Shown: one piece after another, positions 63,478 through 64,000 of the stretch
Layout: each line of letters opens with the position of its first letter
Numbering within the stretch: the stretch's first letter is position 1
Assembly: GCF_006345805.1 (NCBI RefSeq)
Contig: NC_042998.1
Location: 9,300,001-9,364,000 of the forward strand
Direction: 5' to 3'
DNA: 64,000 nucleotides
Source: Octopus sinensis
Lineage: Eukaryota
The notes under the pieces: model-generated
Told to the model about the DNA's origin: nothing
The model's database searches: none
Seen by the model: the letters and a program-made list of their open reading frames with translations, nothing else
Translations under genes and position numbers: made by a program

Positions 63478-63780
63478 CCCGCCTGGCCCCCTTGCCGGTG
63501 GCACGTAAAAGCACCATCCATTCGTGGCCATTGCCAGCCTCACCTGGTCCCTGTGCCGGTGGCACGTAAATAGCACCATCCGTCCATGGCCGTTTGCCAG
63601 CTCCGGGTGGCACGTAAAAAGCACCCACTACACTCACGGAGTGGTTGGCGTTAGGAAGGGCATCCAGCTGTAGAAACTGCCAGATCAGATTGGCCTGGTG
63701 CAGCCTTCTGGCTTCCCAGACCCCAGTTGAACCGTCCAACCCATGCTAGCATGGAGAGCGGACGCTAAATGATGATGATG
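63478..63780 (+). mobile_element. Family C retroposon, 3 modules
   Basis: Three ggtggcacgtaaa..gcacc modules; conserved tail; (GAT)n. Confidence 0.9.
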
Positions 63781-64000
63781 TTCGGAATTCACAATAAGCT
63801 GACTTGCACAATCTCTGAGAAAAACTTTGAATCAAGTTGGATTTTGGTTTTGCAATGAGAATATGACCCTTTTAAGTAATTATTATTAAATTTTTGGGGA
63901 TGAACTTCATCACAGATCTTAAACTACTAAAATCTATTTCTTCAAGCTTAGGGGATTCAGTAATACTGAAACTTTTTGTATGGTCATCCTACATGATTTT

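Overview
AT-rich, repeat-dense animal genomic DNA. The repeat families look like those of Octopus (coleoid cephalopod); this is my recognition, not a search result. The only host coding sequence I can support is one 97-bp + strand exon (32721-32817) of an IQGAP gene (LDDERLSAEEMDEKRKQNMAYEYLCHLEEAK), so most or all of the window is probably intron. The rest is transposon-derived: two tRNA-headed SINE families (labelled A and B here), a (GAT)n-tailed RTE-associated modular retroposon (family C), fragments of CR1-like, RTE and Penelope-like retroelements, a fossil mariner, non-autonomous Helitrons, TTAA- and hAT-type MITEs, and micro/minisatellites. Most notable: (1) a ~9-kb array of ~103 x 87-bp units, an extreme expansion of the hairpin module that varies in number inside family C; (2) a Penelope-like 3' end carrying a tRNA-like Pol III segment and a minimal hammerhead ribozyme; (3) an RTE insertion with a twin-priming-type 5' inversion and 13-bp TSD; (4) two Helitron 3' ends pointing inward around the IQGAP exon; (5) a ~680-bp diverged palindrome near 62.2-62.9 kb. 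Family labels A-E are mine. Many repeat boundaries are approximate.
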